Positions 10,217-20,579 of a stretch of DNA of 62,673 nt are shown here, piece by piece (the stretch's first letter is position 1; every line of letters begins with the position of its first letter). Origin of the DNA: Gemmatimonadota bacterium (GTDB lineage Bacteria > Gemmatimonadota > Gemmatimonadetes > Longimicrobiales > RSA9); assembly GCA_040905425.1 (NCBI GenBank), contig JBBDRO010000111.1, forward strand, positions 4,382 to 67,054, in the 5' to 3' direction. Under the pieces are notes generated by a model. It saw nothing but the letters and a program-made list of their open reading frames with translations. It did no database searches and was not told the origin of the DNA. The translations under genes and the position numbers were made by a program.

Positions 10217-11335
10217 CTACTCCTTGCGCACGTTGTCCGCTTCGGGGCCCTTCTGGGTGTCCACGATGTCGAAGCGCACGCGCTCACCCTCGTCCAGGGA
10301 CTTGAAGCCCTCTTCCTGGATGGCGGTGTAATGCACGAAGATGTCTTCCTCGGTGTCATCCGGCGTGATGAAGCCGTAGCCCTTGGAGTTGTTGAACCAG
10401 CGAACCACGCCCACGGCGCCCTTGGTGCGGGCCGGACGGTCGCCGTCGCCGCGGCGGGGCGGCTCCTGGCTCTCCGCCTCCGGCCCGGCGCCGCCACGCC
10501 CCCGGCCCCGGCCGCGGTCGGCGCCGGCATCGGCCGCCGCGGGCGCCCCGGCCGGCGCCTTGGCACCGGCGTAGATCCACGCGGGATCGCGCGTGTAGCT
10601 CTCCGCCAGGCCGCGCACGCCGTCACCCGCGTCGCGCGCCAGGATGATGGTCTGGCGCGCGCCCGGCACGGCGCGCATCACCTGCTTCAGGGCCTCCGTG
10701 CCCGGGCCGCGCAGCCGATCCGCCTCGTCCAGCACCACCACCTCGACCGAGTCCAGCCGCAGGTTGCCCGCTTCCAGGTGCTCGTGAAGGCGTTCCGGCG
10801 TGGCCACGATGACGTCGTAGCCGGCGCGCAGGTCCCGCAGCTGCGCCTGCATGGGTACCTCCCCGTGGATGGCGCCCACCCACAGGTCCGTGTCACTGGC
10901 CAGCGCCTTGGCCGCGGTGCTGATGCGCTCGACCGCGGCGCGGTCCGGGCAGAGCACCAGCGTGTGCAGGCCCTCCTGGTCGATCTGCTGGTCGAGCGCG
11001 GCCATGAGCGCGCCGTTCGTCTTGCCGGCGTCCGCCGGCGCCACCGCCACTAGGTCCAGGTGCTCCCGCACGCGCGGGATGATCTCCCCCTGCGCGGGGG
11101 TGGGGGTGTCCCAGCCCAGGTCGGCGAGCGCATGGCGGAGCGGCGCCCCGCGCACCAGCTCCTTCAGGGGGGGCAGGCGCGCCGCGGAGGTGGCCGCTCC
11201 CGCGCCGCCGCGGGGGGCGTCACCGCGCTTGAGGCGCGCGGGCGGCACGCCGGGGCCTGGTCGGGGACGCCGCAGAACGGCGAATCCGATCAGGCCGATG
11301 ACCACGACCATAATGACGATCAGGAACCAGTCCAC
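10217..11335 (-). CDS. Membrane-anchored protein: single degenerate DEAD-box (RecA1) domain fused to a cold-shock domain
   Basis: N-terminal hydrophobic helix; GWDTPTPAQ (Q motif), AGKT, TPERL, LDEADRL; C-terminal [15 protein letters not shown]...DIFVHY...GFKSLDEG. Confidence 0.85.
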   Translation of the reverse strand: MDWFLIVIMVVVIGLIGFAVLRRPRPGPGVPPARLKRGDAPRGGAGAATSAARLPPLKELVRGAPLRHALADLGWDTPTPAQGEIIPRVREHLDLVAVAPADAGKTNGALMAALDQQIDQEGLHTLVLCPDRAAVERISTAAKALASDTDLWVGAIHGEVPMQAQLRDLRAGYDVIVATPERLHEHLEAGNLRLDSVEVVVLDEADRLRGPGTEALKQVMRAVPGARQTIILARDAGDGVRGLAESYTRDPAWIYAGAKAPAGAPAAADAGADRGRGRGRGGAGPEAESQEPPRRGDGDRPARTKGAVGVVRWFNNSKGYGFITPDDTEEDIFVHYTAIQEEGFKSLDEGERVRFDIVDTQKGPEADNVRKE

Positions 11336-11403
11336 TCAAGACCCCGCTACTGCTGGAGAAAGCCCGCGCGCGGGTTCAGGGATGGCGCGCGGAAAGCGGG
11401 TCC

Positions 11404-11432
11404 ATTGTCTGACCTGCAGGCAAGCATGTCAA
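11404..11432 (-). promoter_or_regulatory. Putative sigma70 promoter for the DEAD/CSD gene
   Basis: Minus strand TTGACA-N17-GACAAT. Confidence 0.6.
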
Positions 11433-11446
11433 GCGGGGACGGGCGC

Positions 11447-12793
11447 TCAGTCCGTGTCCACGGTGGTGGGCGGCAGCCATCCGAGCGGCGCCAGCGGCGC
11501 GCGCACCAGCGTGTAACCCTGGTACTCCCCGAGCACCTCCACCTGGGTTCCGGCGGCCAGCTCGGCCACCCTCAGGCCGGCCGGGCCGGGCGCGTGGTGG
11601 ATGGCGGTGGCGGCGGCCATGCGCTGGTGGCTGAGCGGCTCCAGCGCGGATTCGGCGCGGTCAGCGCGCATGTAGCCCGAACGCCCGTCCGCGAGTCGCA
11701 CGCGATACCACGAACCGGCGGCGCCCAGCACCCGCAGCGGCACGGACCGACCCAGCCGCTCCAGGACCGCGGCGCCGTCCGCGGGCCCCGCGCGCACCTC
11801 GGCCCCGGCCGCCGACACGCGCGCCCAGCCGCCCAGCAGCGCGGTGTCCCCCCGCAGCGCCGGCGGCGTGCGCGCCAACGGCCGGATCCAGGGAGCGGGG
11901 TCGGTGGGCCCGCGCGAGTACACGCCGAAGTGAAGATGCGGCGGAGTGGTGCGCGCGTTGCCGGTGTTGCCGATGAGACCCACCGTGTCCCCCACCTCCA
12001 CCCGCTGACCGCGCTCCACCGTCTGCGCATCCAGATGGGCGTAGTAGAGGTTGGCGCCGCGCCGCTCGTCCCGGATCCACACCACCAGCCCACCGCGGGA
12101 GGTGTCCTGCACGCGGCTCACCGTGCCGGCGGAAGCGGCCAGCGCCGGGGTGCCGCGCGGCGCGAAGATGTCCACGCCGTGGTGGTCCCGGACGCCGCCG
12201 TCGCGTGGATCGCCGAAGACGCTCTGGATGGCGCCGGTGCCGTGGCCGTCCACCGGGAACGCCAGCGCGGCGGCGGTGATCACCTGCAGGGTGTAGCGGC
12301 CGCCCGCCAGGAGCTCCGGCTGGAGCCGCACGATGTAGTCCCCGTCGCGCGAGGGCTCGTAGTCCAGGCTGGTGGCGCCGCTGTCCGCGCTGGCCACGCG
12401 CCGCGGCCCGTCCCCGGCCACGCGGAAGACGTCGATGAAGAGGAGTGCGCCGCTGTCCGGCCGGAGCGAGCCGCGGATCTCCAGCCGTTGCCCCCGGCGC
12501 ACCGCCAGCCGCACGCCCACGGCCTCCGCGCCCTCGGCCGGCAGCCAGCCCTCCTCCGCGAAGGGCGCCTCCAGCGGCGCGGCCTCCGCCAGTGCCCGCG
12601 CCCCCGCCGCGCGCCAGGCGGTCACGAGCGCCGTGCCCTCCAGCCCGGCGCTCACCAGCGCGTGCTCGTAGTTCTCGCGCGCCGTCTCGCCGCGGAAGAT
12701 GTCCGCCACCTCGTCGCGCACCGGCCCGCAGCCGGAGAGCAGGAACAGGGTGGCGAGCAGGGCCGCGGGGACGGCTCTTGAATCCAATTGCAT
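11447..12793 (-). CDS. Lipoprotein M23 metallopeptidase with C-terminal SH3-like domains
   Basis: Lipobox LSGC; HHGVDIFAPRGTP, YYAHL, PHLHF; VRAGP...WYRVRLADGRSGY. Confidence 0.88.
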   Translation of the reverse strand: MQLDSRAVPAALLATLFLLSGCGPVRDEVADIFRGETARENYEHALVSAGLEGTALVTAWRAAGARALAEAAPLEAPFAEEGWLPAEGAEAVGVRLAVRRGQRLEIRGSLRPDSGALLFIDVFRVAGDGPRRVASADSGATSLDYEPSRDGDYIVRLQPELLAGGRYTLQVITAAALAFPVDGHGTGAIQSVFGDPRDGGVRDHHGVDIFAPRGTPALAASAGTVSRVQDTSRGGLVVWIRDERRGANLYYAHLDAQTVERGQRVEVGDTVGLIGNTGNARTTPPHLHFGVYSRGPTDPAPWIRPLARTPPALRGDTALLGGWARVSAAGAEVRAGPADGAAVLERLGRSVPLRVLGAAGSWYRVRLADGRSGYMRADRAESALEPLSHQRMAAATAIHHAPGPAGLRVAELAAGTQVEVLGEYQGYTLVRAPLAPLGWLPPTTVDTD

Positions 12794-12882
12794 GGCTTCG
12801 GCGTACCTGTGGAGGCGGGTGCAGGTTCCCGCCGACTATATTGGGGGGCCCCGGGCCCACGCCACCCATCCCACGGGATACC

Positions 12883-15120
12883 ATGACGCCTTTGCGTACC
12901 GGATGCGCGCTTTCCGCCCTGCTGTTGCTGCTTCTGCAGCCCGGCGCCGGAAGCGCCCAGGACACGGTCCCCATCCCGCCGGACGCCTACGCCGACGCCA
13001 CCGCCCGCGAGACCGTGGCACGGGCGCGTGAGCGGCGCGCGCTGGTGGACCGCTCCATCGAAGCCTACCAGGCCACGGCCACCGAGCGCATCTCGGCCGG
13101 CCACCGCCTGCTCCTGCGCGAGCGGCTGCTCTACCGGCGCGAGTCCGCGGCGCGCGTGAGCTGGCAGCGCGAGGGGCCCATCGAGGTGGAGGCGCTGGGC
13201 GCGCGCGAGGTGGTGCCCGTGGCGGTGCAGCTGCCGCAGATCCCCGGGGACCTGGACAGCTACATGGGCTCCATGGCCTTCGACCCCATGAACGCCCAGT
13301 TCCTCTTCGAATTCGGCGGCTCCGACCTGCGCAACCCGATCGCCGAGGGCAGTGAGGCGCACTACCGCTTCGCCACCGGGGACAGCACCACCATCGTGCT
13401 GGCCGGGAACCGCCGCGTGCGCCTGCGCGAGCTGCGCATTCAGCCGCGCCGCCGCCACCCCACGCTCATTGCCGGCTCCTACTGGTTCGACGTGGACAGC
13501 TACGCGGTGGTGCAGGCGGTCTTCCGCCTGGCCCGCCCGTGGACCATCGATGACGCGGATGAGGATGACCTGCCCGGCTTCCTGGGTGGCCTCTCCGCCG
13601 ACATCTCACACGTGGCGGTGGAGTACGGGCTCTGGGAGCAGCGCTGGTGGCTGCCGCGCTTCGTGACCGCGGGCGGCGTGGTGAAGCTGGGCATGTTCGG
13701 CTCGGTGCCGGTGGAGTATGAGCGGCGCTACGAAGGCTATCAGGTGCGCGGGGACGTGGCGCTGGCGCCCGAGGTGCGGGATTCCACCACCCGCGAGCGC
13801 TGCCGCCGCACCGTGTCCTTCCAGATCGGCGTGGGCGTGGAGGACTCGGTGCGCCTGGCCCGGGCCTCGGAGCGGGCCAACCGCCAGCGCGAGCGCTACG
13901 ACTCCGCCATGGCCGCGTACGATTCCCTGGTGGCGGTGGGGGAGCGTCCGGAGAGCAATCCCTGCCAACCCGTGTTCGTGGCCATACCCGACAGTGTGGA
14001 CCTGTTGCGGAGCCCGCTGCTGCCGGAAGACATCTACGCCGGGGAGACGCTCCTGGCGGAGGGGGAGCTGACCGATCTCATGGACCGCGTGGAGGACCTC
14101 CCCGAGATGGACTGGGGCGTGGCGCGCCCCGAGTTCGACTGGGGCTTCGGCGGCTCGGGCCTGGTGCGCTACAACCGGGTGGAGGCGCTGGCCGTGGGTG
14201 CGCGCATGGGCGTGGACCTGGGCCGGGTGCAGGCCGCGGCGGTGGCGCGCTACGGCGTGGCGGACGAGAAATTCAGCGGCGAGCTGTCGGTGGCCCGGCA
14301 GACCGCCAAACGCGCCTGGCGTCTCTCGGGCTACCACGAGTTGACCGCCATGGACCCGGCCACCAACCCCTTCTCGTTGGCCAGTTCGCTGAACGCCTTC
14401 CTGATCGGCCGGGATGACGCCCAGTACTACCGGGCGGCGGGCGGCGCCCTGCGGGTGGCCCCGGCGCCCGTGCACCCGCAGTGGTGGGAGGCCCGCCTCT
14501 ACGCCGAGCGGCAGATGCCGGTGGCGCGGAACACGGACTTCTCACTGCGCCACGTGCTGGACGAGGACGCGCTGTTCCGGCCCGTGGTGCCCGCCGACCC
14601 CGCCGACCAGGCCGGGCTGGAGCTCACGCTGCGCGGCCAGCACGGCGCGGACCCGGACGGGCTCCGGCTGGGCGCGGAGCTGGGCGTGCGGGGGGAGACG
14701 GGAAGCTACGAGTTCGCGCGCCAGTCGCTGCTGGTGCGGGCGGCGTTCCCGCTGCCGGTCGGCTTCGCGGGCGCGCTGGAGGGCGCGGGCGGGGCGGCCA
14801 CCGGGCAGGTGCCCGCGCAGAGCCATTTCTACATCGGCGGACCGGCCACATTGCGCGGCTACGCCACGGCTACCCTGGCCGGCCCGGCGTTCTGGCGGGG
14901 ACGGGCGGAGCTGGCGCGGGGCATCCCCGCGATCCGGCTCAGTGTGTTCGGTGACGCCGCGTGGGCGGGGGAGCGGGACGCCATGCGGACCGGCCGGCCG
15001 CTGGTTTCCGCCGGCGTGGGCGCCAGCTTCCTGGACGGCATCGTGCGCTTCGACCTGGCGCGTGCCCTGCGTGCGCCCACCGGCTGGCGGCTGCACCTGT
15101 ACATGGACGGGCTGTTGTAG
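12883..15120 (+). CDS. Outer-membrane protein, DUF5686/BamA-like C-terminal barrel
   Basis: Signal peptide ending GSA-Q; RYNRVEAL; FYIGGPATLRGY; terminal strands GVGASFLDGIVRFDLA. Confidence 0.6.
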   Translation: MTPLRTGCALSALLLLLLQPGAGSAQDTVPIPPDAYADATARETVARARERRALVDRSIEAYQATATERISAGHRLLLRERLLYRRESAARVSWQREGPIEVEALGAREVVPVAVQLPQIPGDLDSYMGSMAFDPMNAQFLFEFGGSDLRNPIAEGSEAHYRFATGDSTTIVLAGNRRVRLRELRIQPRRRHPTLIAGSYWFDVDSYAVVQAVFRLARPWTIDDADEDDLPGFLGGLSADISHVAVEYGLWEQRWWLPRFVTAGGVVKLGMFGSVPVEYERRYEGYQVRGDVALAPEVRDSTTRERCRRTVSFQIGVGVEDSVRLARASERANRQRERYDSAMAAYDSLVAVGERPESNPCQPVFVAIPDSVDLLRSPLLPEDIYAGETLLAEGELTDLMDRVEDLPEMDWGVARPEFDWGFGGSGLVRYNRVEALAVGARMGVDLGRVQAAAVARYGVADEKFSGELSVARQTAKRAWRLSGYHELTAMDPATNPFSLASSLNAFLIGRDDAQYYRAAGGALRVAPAPVHPQWWEARLYAERQMPVARNTDFSLRHVLDEDALFRPVVPADPADQAGLELTLRGQHGADPDGLRLGAELGVRGETGSYEFARQSLLVRAAFPLPVGFAGALEGAGGAATGQVPAQSHFYIGGPATLRGYATATLAGPAFWRGRAELARGIPAIRLSVFGDAAWAGERDAMRTGRPLVSAGVGASFLDGIVRFDLARALRAPTGWRLHLYMDGLL

Positions 15121-15129
15121 CGTGACGTA

Positions 15130-15173
15130 CTCCGGTGAGGTTATAAGCGACGTCGCTTAAGACCTCACCGGAG
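15130..15173. repeat. 44-bp near-perfect palindrome between convergent genes
   Basis: CTCCGGTGAGGTTATAAGCGAC|GTCGCTTAAGACCTCACCGGAG; 20 of 22 positions pair. Confidence 0.85.
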
Positions 15174-15180
15174 GCACGCG

Positions 15181-16287
15181 TCACGTTGCCGGCTGCGCCA
15201 CCCGCAGCGGCGTCTCCCCGCCCTCCACGAAGAGCGTCTGCGTGGGATAGGCAAACTCGATCCCTTCCTCCTCGAAACGCCGCATGATGTGCAGGTTGAT
15301 GGCCTGCTGGCGGTCCATGTAGACGTTGTACTCGGGGGAGAGGACGTAGAAGACCGCCTCGAAATCCAGCGAGGAGCCGCCGAACTTCTGGAAGTGGGCG
15401 CGGTCGAAGCGCACGTCCTCCTGCCCCTCGACGGCCTCGCGGATGATGCCGGGGATGCGCTCCACGGTGGCGCGCGGCGTCTGGTAGATGACGCCCAGGC
15501 TGAACACCACGCGGCGCTCGAACATGCGCTTGAAGTTGCGGATGCGCGAGTTGAGCATGTCATTGTTGGAGAAGACCAGCTGCTCACCCGACAGGCTGCG
15601 CACGCGCGTGGACTTGAGGCCGATCTTCTCCACCGTGCCGAGCTGCTCGCCCACGATGACGAAGTCCCCCAGCACGAAGGGCTTGTCCAGCACGATGGAG
15701 AGGGAGGCCAGCAGGTCACCCAGCACGTTCTGCAGCGCCAGCGCCACCGCGATGCCGCCCACCCCCAGCCCGGCCAGCAGCGGGCCGATCTGGATGCCCG
15801 CGTTCTGCAGCGCCAGCAGCACCAGGATGGTCCACAGCGTGAGGCGGCCCAGGAAGCCCAGCGCGTTCAGCGTGGTGGCGCCCGCCGGGTCGTCCGCCAG
15901 GCGGCGCTCCGTCTCCCGCTTGACGGCCGCGGTGATGAGGGTGCTCCCCCAGATGGCGGTCTGCAGCGTGACCACCACGATGCCGATGAACTTGAGGGCG
16001 CGCTCCAGGGGCGGGTCGGTGTCCGGTCCGCCGCCCGGGAAGACCAGCACCCGCGAGCCCGCGTAGAGTGCCAGGAAGAGGAGGAAGAGGATGGTGGTGC
16101 GGTCGAGCGTGGCGGCAATGATGTCATCCACGTCGGTGACCGTGCGTTTCGCCAGCGCACGGAAGTGGCGGAGCACCAGCCGCCGGAAGATCACCAGGCC
16201 CAGATAGACCAGGATGGTCGTGCCGGCGGCCAGGAGCCACGTCTCGACGGGGTTGCCGTAGAAGTACAGGTCCAGGAACGACCGCAA
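15181..16287 (-). CDS. MscS-family mechanosensitive channel
   Basis: LLAGLGVGGIAVALALQ, DKPFVLGD, GTVEKIGLKST, EGIEFAYPT; GGAGG before the TTG start. Confidence 0.93.
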   Translation of the reverse strand: MRSFLDLYFYGNPVETWLLAAGTTILVYLGLVIFRRLVLRHFRALAKRTVTDVDDIIAATLDRTTILFLLFLALYAGSRVLVFPGGGPDTDPPLERALKFIGIVVVTLQTAIWGSTLITAAVKRETERRLADDPAGATTLNALGFLGRLTLWTILVLLALQNAGIQIGPLLAGLGVGGIAVALALQNVLGDLLASLSIVLDKPFVLGDFVIVGEQLGTVEKIGLKSTRVRSLSGEQLVFSNNDMLNSRIRNFKRMFERRVVFSLGVIYQTPRATVERIPGIIREAVEGQEDVRFDRAHFQKFGGSSLDFEAVFYVLSPEYNVYMDRQQAINLHIMRRFEEEGIEFAYPTQTLFVEGGETPLRVAQPAT

Positions 16288-16375
16288 GGGATGCCTCCGT
16301 GGCTGGGCGGCTACGTGGGCCGCGCTTGAGCGGGTACGGGGCCCAACCTACGTAGCGTCCGGGAGCGCGCCACCC

Positions 16376-18124
16376 CTAGTGGAGCAGGCCCGCCTGTCCC
16401 GGGTCCATGCCTTCGTAGTAATCCCCGAGGCCGGCCACGGCCCAGACGATCTCCACCACCAGCCCCGCCAGGAACGCCACGCCGCCCGCCACCGCCGCGC
16501 CCACCACGCCGAGCGCCGCGTAGACGGGCATGGCCACGACGCCGGCCAGCGCCAGCGGCCCGACCAGCGCCAGCGCCACCAGCAGCAGGGAGCCGAGCAT
16601 GGTCAGGATGCCCTGGCCCATGGCCTCGATGCCCTGGGGCGCGTCCCGCCCGAGCTTGGACCAGGCGGGGAAGAGCAGCGCCAGCGCGTTCTGGATGGTG
16701 ATGGTCACCGTGTTGATCAGCGGTAGCGCGAGCAGGGCGGCCCCCAGGCCGAGCGTGGCCAGGCGGACCTCCCCCGCGTCCGCGCCAGCCAGCGGCAGCG
16801 CGACCACGCCGAGCATCAGGGCACTCAGCTGAATCACGCTCAGCACGAGCACCGGCGCGGCCACCTGTCCGGCCACCAGGGCGCGGCCGCTGATGGGGTA
16901 GGTGCGGAGCACCTCCAGGCGCTCCAGGTCCTGGCGCAGGTCCACGCGTACGATCAGCGGGCCGAAGAGGGCCAGCATGGCGGTGGCCATGAGGGCCAGG
17001 CCGCTGACGATGGCAAAGGGGTTGGCCCGTCCCCCCGAGCTGATGACGCCCACGGCAGCCACCACCGCCACGCCCAGGATGATCACACCCGCGGTGGTGG
17101 GGCGGAACAGGCGCAGGAAGGAGACCGCGTTCTTCCAGGTGATGGCCCGCCACGCCGGGCCGGTGGCCGCCAGGGGAAGGCGGCTGGGGCGCACCCGCTC
17201 CTTGCGCGTGGCCAGCTGCCGCTGCGCCACGCCCAGCTTGCCGGCGCGCATGGCCGCCACGGCGCTGGCCTTCTTGCGGCCGGCCTCGGCCGCGGCTTCC
17301 TCGAAGGCCGCGTCCATGCGCAGCACCCAGGCGTAGTGCAGCGCCAGAACCAGCAGCGCCCACGGCATGGCGGCCAGCCAGGCGGTGGCGTTGGCCGCGA
17401 AGGTGGGGTGGACCACGGCCGAAATGGGCAGCAGCGCAAGGCGCGCGGCGGGCTCCTGGAAGTGCCCCACGAACACGCGCAGCATGGCGCCCATCTCCCC
17501 CGCCGCCTGCACCTCGGGCAGCGCCCGCGCGAGCGTTACCACGACCGCGAGCGCCGCGGCGCCGAACAGCACCAGCGGCAGCGCCATGCGGCGCAGCCCG
17601 CCGCGGCCCTGCCCCGCGGCCGCCAGATGAACGAGCGAGCCCCCCATCTGGTGCAGGTTCAGCGTGGCGAAGAGCACCCAGATCGAGACCAGGCGCAGGT
17701 ACCACGGCAGCTCCCCGCCCCGGCCGAAGATGAGCGCCACCAGGGCCGCGCTGAAGAGAATCTGGAACTGGACTTTGAGGATCTTGTAGCGCAGCAACTC
17801 GGGGCGGGCCAGCGGCGCGGTGAAGAGGAAGTTCACCTCCGCAGGCTCGAAGGCCAGCGCCCCCGCGCGGCTGCCCGAGAACCACGCCCAGGCGGCCATG
17901 CCCGCCACGGCCAGGGTGGCCAGCAGCTCCAGGCCGGGGCCGGCTTCCGTGGCTGCCATCGGCCCCTCGCCGGCGCCTCCGTTGGTGGCGAAGATCCAGT
18001 AGAAGTAGGCCAGCCCCACCAGCAGGGCCAGCGCGTAGCGTGGATTGCGCAGCCGGCGTAACTGACGCGCGAACTTGTTGCGCGTGGCGCGCAGCACCAG
18101 GTACTCGGAGAGGGCTCCGGTCAC
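16376..18124 (-). CDS. Putative ABC exporter permease (multi-TM)
   Basis: Many TM segments, EVNFLFTAPL, LEVLRTYPIS; GTGA overlap with the ATPase gene. Confidence 0.75.
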   Translation of the reverse strand: MTGALSEYLVLRATRNKFARQLRRLRNPRYALALLVGLAYFYWIFATNGGAGEGPMAATEAGPGLELLATLAVAGMAAWAWFSGSRAGALAFEPAEVNFLFTAPLARPELLRYKILKVQFQILFSAALVALIFGRGGELPWYLRLVSIWVLFATLNLHQMGGSLVHLAAAGQGRGGLRRMALPLVLFGAAALAVVVTLARALPEVQAAGEMGAMLRVFVGHFQEPAARLALLPISAVVHPTFAANATAWLAAMPWALLVLALHYAWVLRMDAAFEEAAAEAGRKKASAVAAMRAGKLGVAQRQLATRKERVRPSRLPLAATGPAWRAITWKNAVSFLRLFRPTTAGVIILGVAVVAAVGVISSGGRANPFAIVSGLALMATAMLALFGPLIVRVDLRQDLERLEVLRTYPISGRALVAGQVAAPVLVLSVIQLSALMLGVVALPLAGADAGEVRLATLGLGAALLALPLINTVTITIQNALALLFPAWSKLGRDAPQGIEAMGQGILTMLGSLLLVALALVGPLALAGVVAMPVYAALGVVGAAVAGGVAFLAGLVVEIVWAVAGLGDYYEGMDPGQAGLLH

Positions 18125-18846
18125 GCGCCGCTTTCCGTCAGCGCCAGGAAGACATCCTCCAGGCCCCGGCCTTCCAGTTCGGGGCGCTGTCCCCGGATCT
18201 CGTCCAGCGCGCCGAACGCCACGGCCCGTCCCCGGTGGATGACCAGCACCCGGGTGCACAGCTCTTCCACCAGGTGGAGCAGGTGCGAGCTCAGGATGAC
18301 CGCCGCGCCGGCCTCGGCGCGGGCCAGGATGGTGGCCTTCATGCGGCGGATGGAGCCGGGGTCCAGCCCACCGAGCGGTTCGTCGAAGATGAGGGCGCTG
18401 GGATCGTGGATGAGCCCGCAGGCAATGACCAGCTTCTGCTTCATGCCGCGTGACAGCTCGTCGGGGAGCGCGGCCCGCTTGGCCGCCAGTTCCAGCTCGT
18501 CCAGCAGCGTGGCAATGCGCTCCGCGGGCCGCTCCACCTGGTGCAGGCGCGCCACGAAACGCAGGTGCTCCTCCACGGTGAGGTAGTCGAAGAGCTGGGG
18601 TTCGTCCGGCATGAAGGCCAGCGCCCGCTTGGCCGCCACCGGATTCCGCGCCACGTCGTGGCCGGCCACGCGCACGGCGCCTTCACTCGGTGGAATGATG
18701 CCCACCATGCAGCGCAGCGTGGTGGTCTTGCCCGCCCCGTTGGGGCCCACCAGGCCGAGCACCTGGCCCGCCTCCACGCGGAAGGAGAGGCGGTCCACGG
18801 CGGTGAGGTCCCCGTAACTCTTGCTGAGCTCCACCACCTCGATCAT
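18121..18846 (-). CDS. ABC transporter ATP-binding protein
   Basis: GPNGAGKTT, LSRGMKQ, LIFDEP, SSH; start MIEVVEL. Confidence 0.93.
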   Translation of the reverse strand: MIEVVELSKSYGDLTAVDRLSFRVEAGQVLGLVGPNGAGKTTTLRCMVGIIPPSEGAVRVAGHDVARNPVAAKRALAFMPDEPQLFDYLTVEEHLRFVARLHQVERPAERIATLLDELELAAKRAALPDELSRGMKQKLVIACGLIHDPSALIFDEPLGGLDPGSIRRMKATILARAEAGAAVILSSHLLHLVEELCTRVLVIHRGRAVAFGALDEIRGQRPELEGRGLEDVFLALTESGA

Positions 18847-19691
18847 GGCGTGCCGCCGGGCGGGGGGTCCACCCACACGTAATCGGCCGGCACCGTGAAG
18901 CGCGCCGGGTCCACGGCGCCCGCCTCCACGGCGTCCAGCTCGAGCAGCACCGCGGTGGGCCCGGTGGCGGGGTCCTGGAAGAGGACCAGGATGCGCACGA
19001 CCGCGCCCGGCGCCGGGAGCTGGCCCATGCGGGCCGGCAGGGCGGCGGCCGCCGCGGCCAGCGGGTGGCTCATGGCGCCGGCGCCCTGCAGCCCGGGCCG
19101 GGCTTCGGGGCCCGGCGCGATCCACAGGTCCGCGCGCACGTCGGTGCCGGTCCAGCGCCAGCGGTCGGCGGGCCAGCCGCGCACGCGCTCGAAGCCCAGC
19201 TTCTCGGCCGGGCCGGCGGCGCTGTCGGGCGTGGCCGTGGGCGGCTCGGTGAACAGGCGGGCCGCCGCTGCGGGCAGCCGGGCGGCGCGGCGCATGGCGG
19301 GATAGAGGCTCACCGCCTCCCCGGGGCCCGTGACCAGCACCACGGTCCGAAACTGCTCCGGTAGCCCGGCCATGCGCGTCTCGATGCGGCGGCGGTCCCC
19401 CGCCACCCACGTGGTCAGGTGCAGGGCGGCCCCGTCCAGGGCGCCGCCCTCGAAGCTGCCGGCCGCCGGCATGCGCGTGGCCGCGGCGGCGTGGAACGCC
19501 TCCGGGTCCATGTCGAAGACCGCCGCGGGCCGTCCGTCCGTGAACTCATGCAGCGCCGCGCCGCCCAGCAGGGCCACGCGCTGGCGCAACTCGCCGGTAA
19601 AGGGCTGCGCCGCCGCCGGGGGCGGCTGGAGGGGGGCGGTCAGCAGCGCGGCCAGCAGCGCCAGCGTGGCGCGGGACAGGGAGACATGCAT
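18843..19691 (-). CDS. Secreted protein, DUF4412-like
   Basis: Signal peptide; KLGFERVRGWPA..W, DLWIAP, DPARFTVPADY; ATGA overlap with the ATPase. Confidence 0.55.
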   Translation of the reverse strand: MHVSLSRATLALLAALLTAPLQPPPAAAQPFTGELRQRVALLGGAALHEFTDGRPAAVFDMDPEAFHAAAATRMPAAGSFEGGALDGAALHLTTWVAGDRRRIETRMAGLPEQFRTVVLVTGPGEAVSLYPAMRRAARLPAAAARLFTEPPTATPDSAAGPAEKLGFERVRGWPADRWRWTGTDVRADLWIAPGPEARPGLQGAGAMSHPLAAAAAALPARMGQLPAPGAVVRILVLFQDPATGPTAVLLELDAVEAGAVDPARFTVPADYVWVDPPPGGTP

Positions 19692-19784
19692 GGCATTCGA
19701 GGGCTGTGTGGAGGGGCAGGGTGGCCGCCGCAAGATGTGGCCAGGTGGATGGGCGGCGCCAGGGGGCGGGAAGCCGGGCGGACT

Positions 19785-20525
19785 TCACGCCAGCCGTGCC
19801 ACCACCGCCGTCAGATTGTCCCGCCCGCCCGCGGCGTTGCCCGCCTCGATCAGCGCGGCCGCGGCCGCGGCCGGCGCGGGGTTGGCGCGCATCAGCTCGG
19901 CCAGTCGGTGATCCTCCAGCATCCCGCTCAGGCCGTCGGAGCAGAGCAGGTAGACGTCGCCCGTGACGGGCTCGAGCAGCCGGGCGTCCAGGCGCTCCGG
20001 GCCGTCCACCTCACCCAGGGCGGAGGTGAGGGTGGCGGCGCGCGCGTGTCTGCGGGCGGCGGCCGGGGTGAGGACACCGGCGGCAACCTGTTCCTGCACC
20101 CAGGTGTGGTCCTCCGTAAGCTGCGCGAGGCGCCCGGCGCGCAGGAGATAGGCGCGTGAGTCCCCCACGTGGGCCAGCGCGGCGGCGGCGCCGCCGGGCA
20201 GGAAGGCCAGTGCGGTCAGCGTGGTGCCCATCCCCGCCGTCGCGGGGTCGAGCGTGGCGTGGATCTCCATGGCACGGTTGGCCGCCGCCACGGCGCCGCG
20301 CAGCGTGTGCAGCAGCGTGGCGGGCAGCATGCGCGGCGAGGGCCGCCGCGGAAAGGCGTCCACCAGTGCGCGTACGGCGAGCGCGGCCGCCACCTCGCCC
20401 GCGGGGTGTCCGCCCATGCCGTCCGCCACGGCCAGGATGCCGTGCTCGGGGCGCACCAGCAGGGCGTCCTCGTTGGCCCGCCGCACCCGACCCACGTGCG
20501 TGACGCCCGCCGCTTCCAGCTTCAC
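19785..20525 (-). CDS. PP2C (PPM)-family Ser/Thr phosphatase
   Basis: GRVRRANED, VADGMGG, AHVGDSRAY, CSDGL, GGRDN. Confidence 0.93.
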   Translation of the reverse strand: MKLEAAGVTHVGRVRRANEDALLVRPEHGILAVADGMGGHPAGEVAAALAVRALVDAFPRRPSPRMLPATLLHTLRGAVAAANRAMEIHATLDPATAGMGTTLTALAFLPGGAAAALAHVGDSRAYLLRAGRLAQLTEDHTWVQEQVAAGVLTPAAARRHARAATLTSALGEVDGPERLDARLLEPVTGDVYLLCSDGLSGMLEDHRLAELMRANPAPAAAAAALIEAGNAAGGRDNLTAVVARLA

Positions 20526-20579
20526 GGCGCGCTCCCCGGGTTGCAGAGGCACGGCCGTTGCCAGCACATTCCACTCGCC

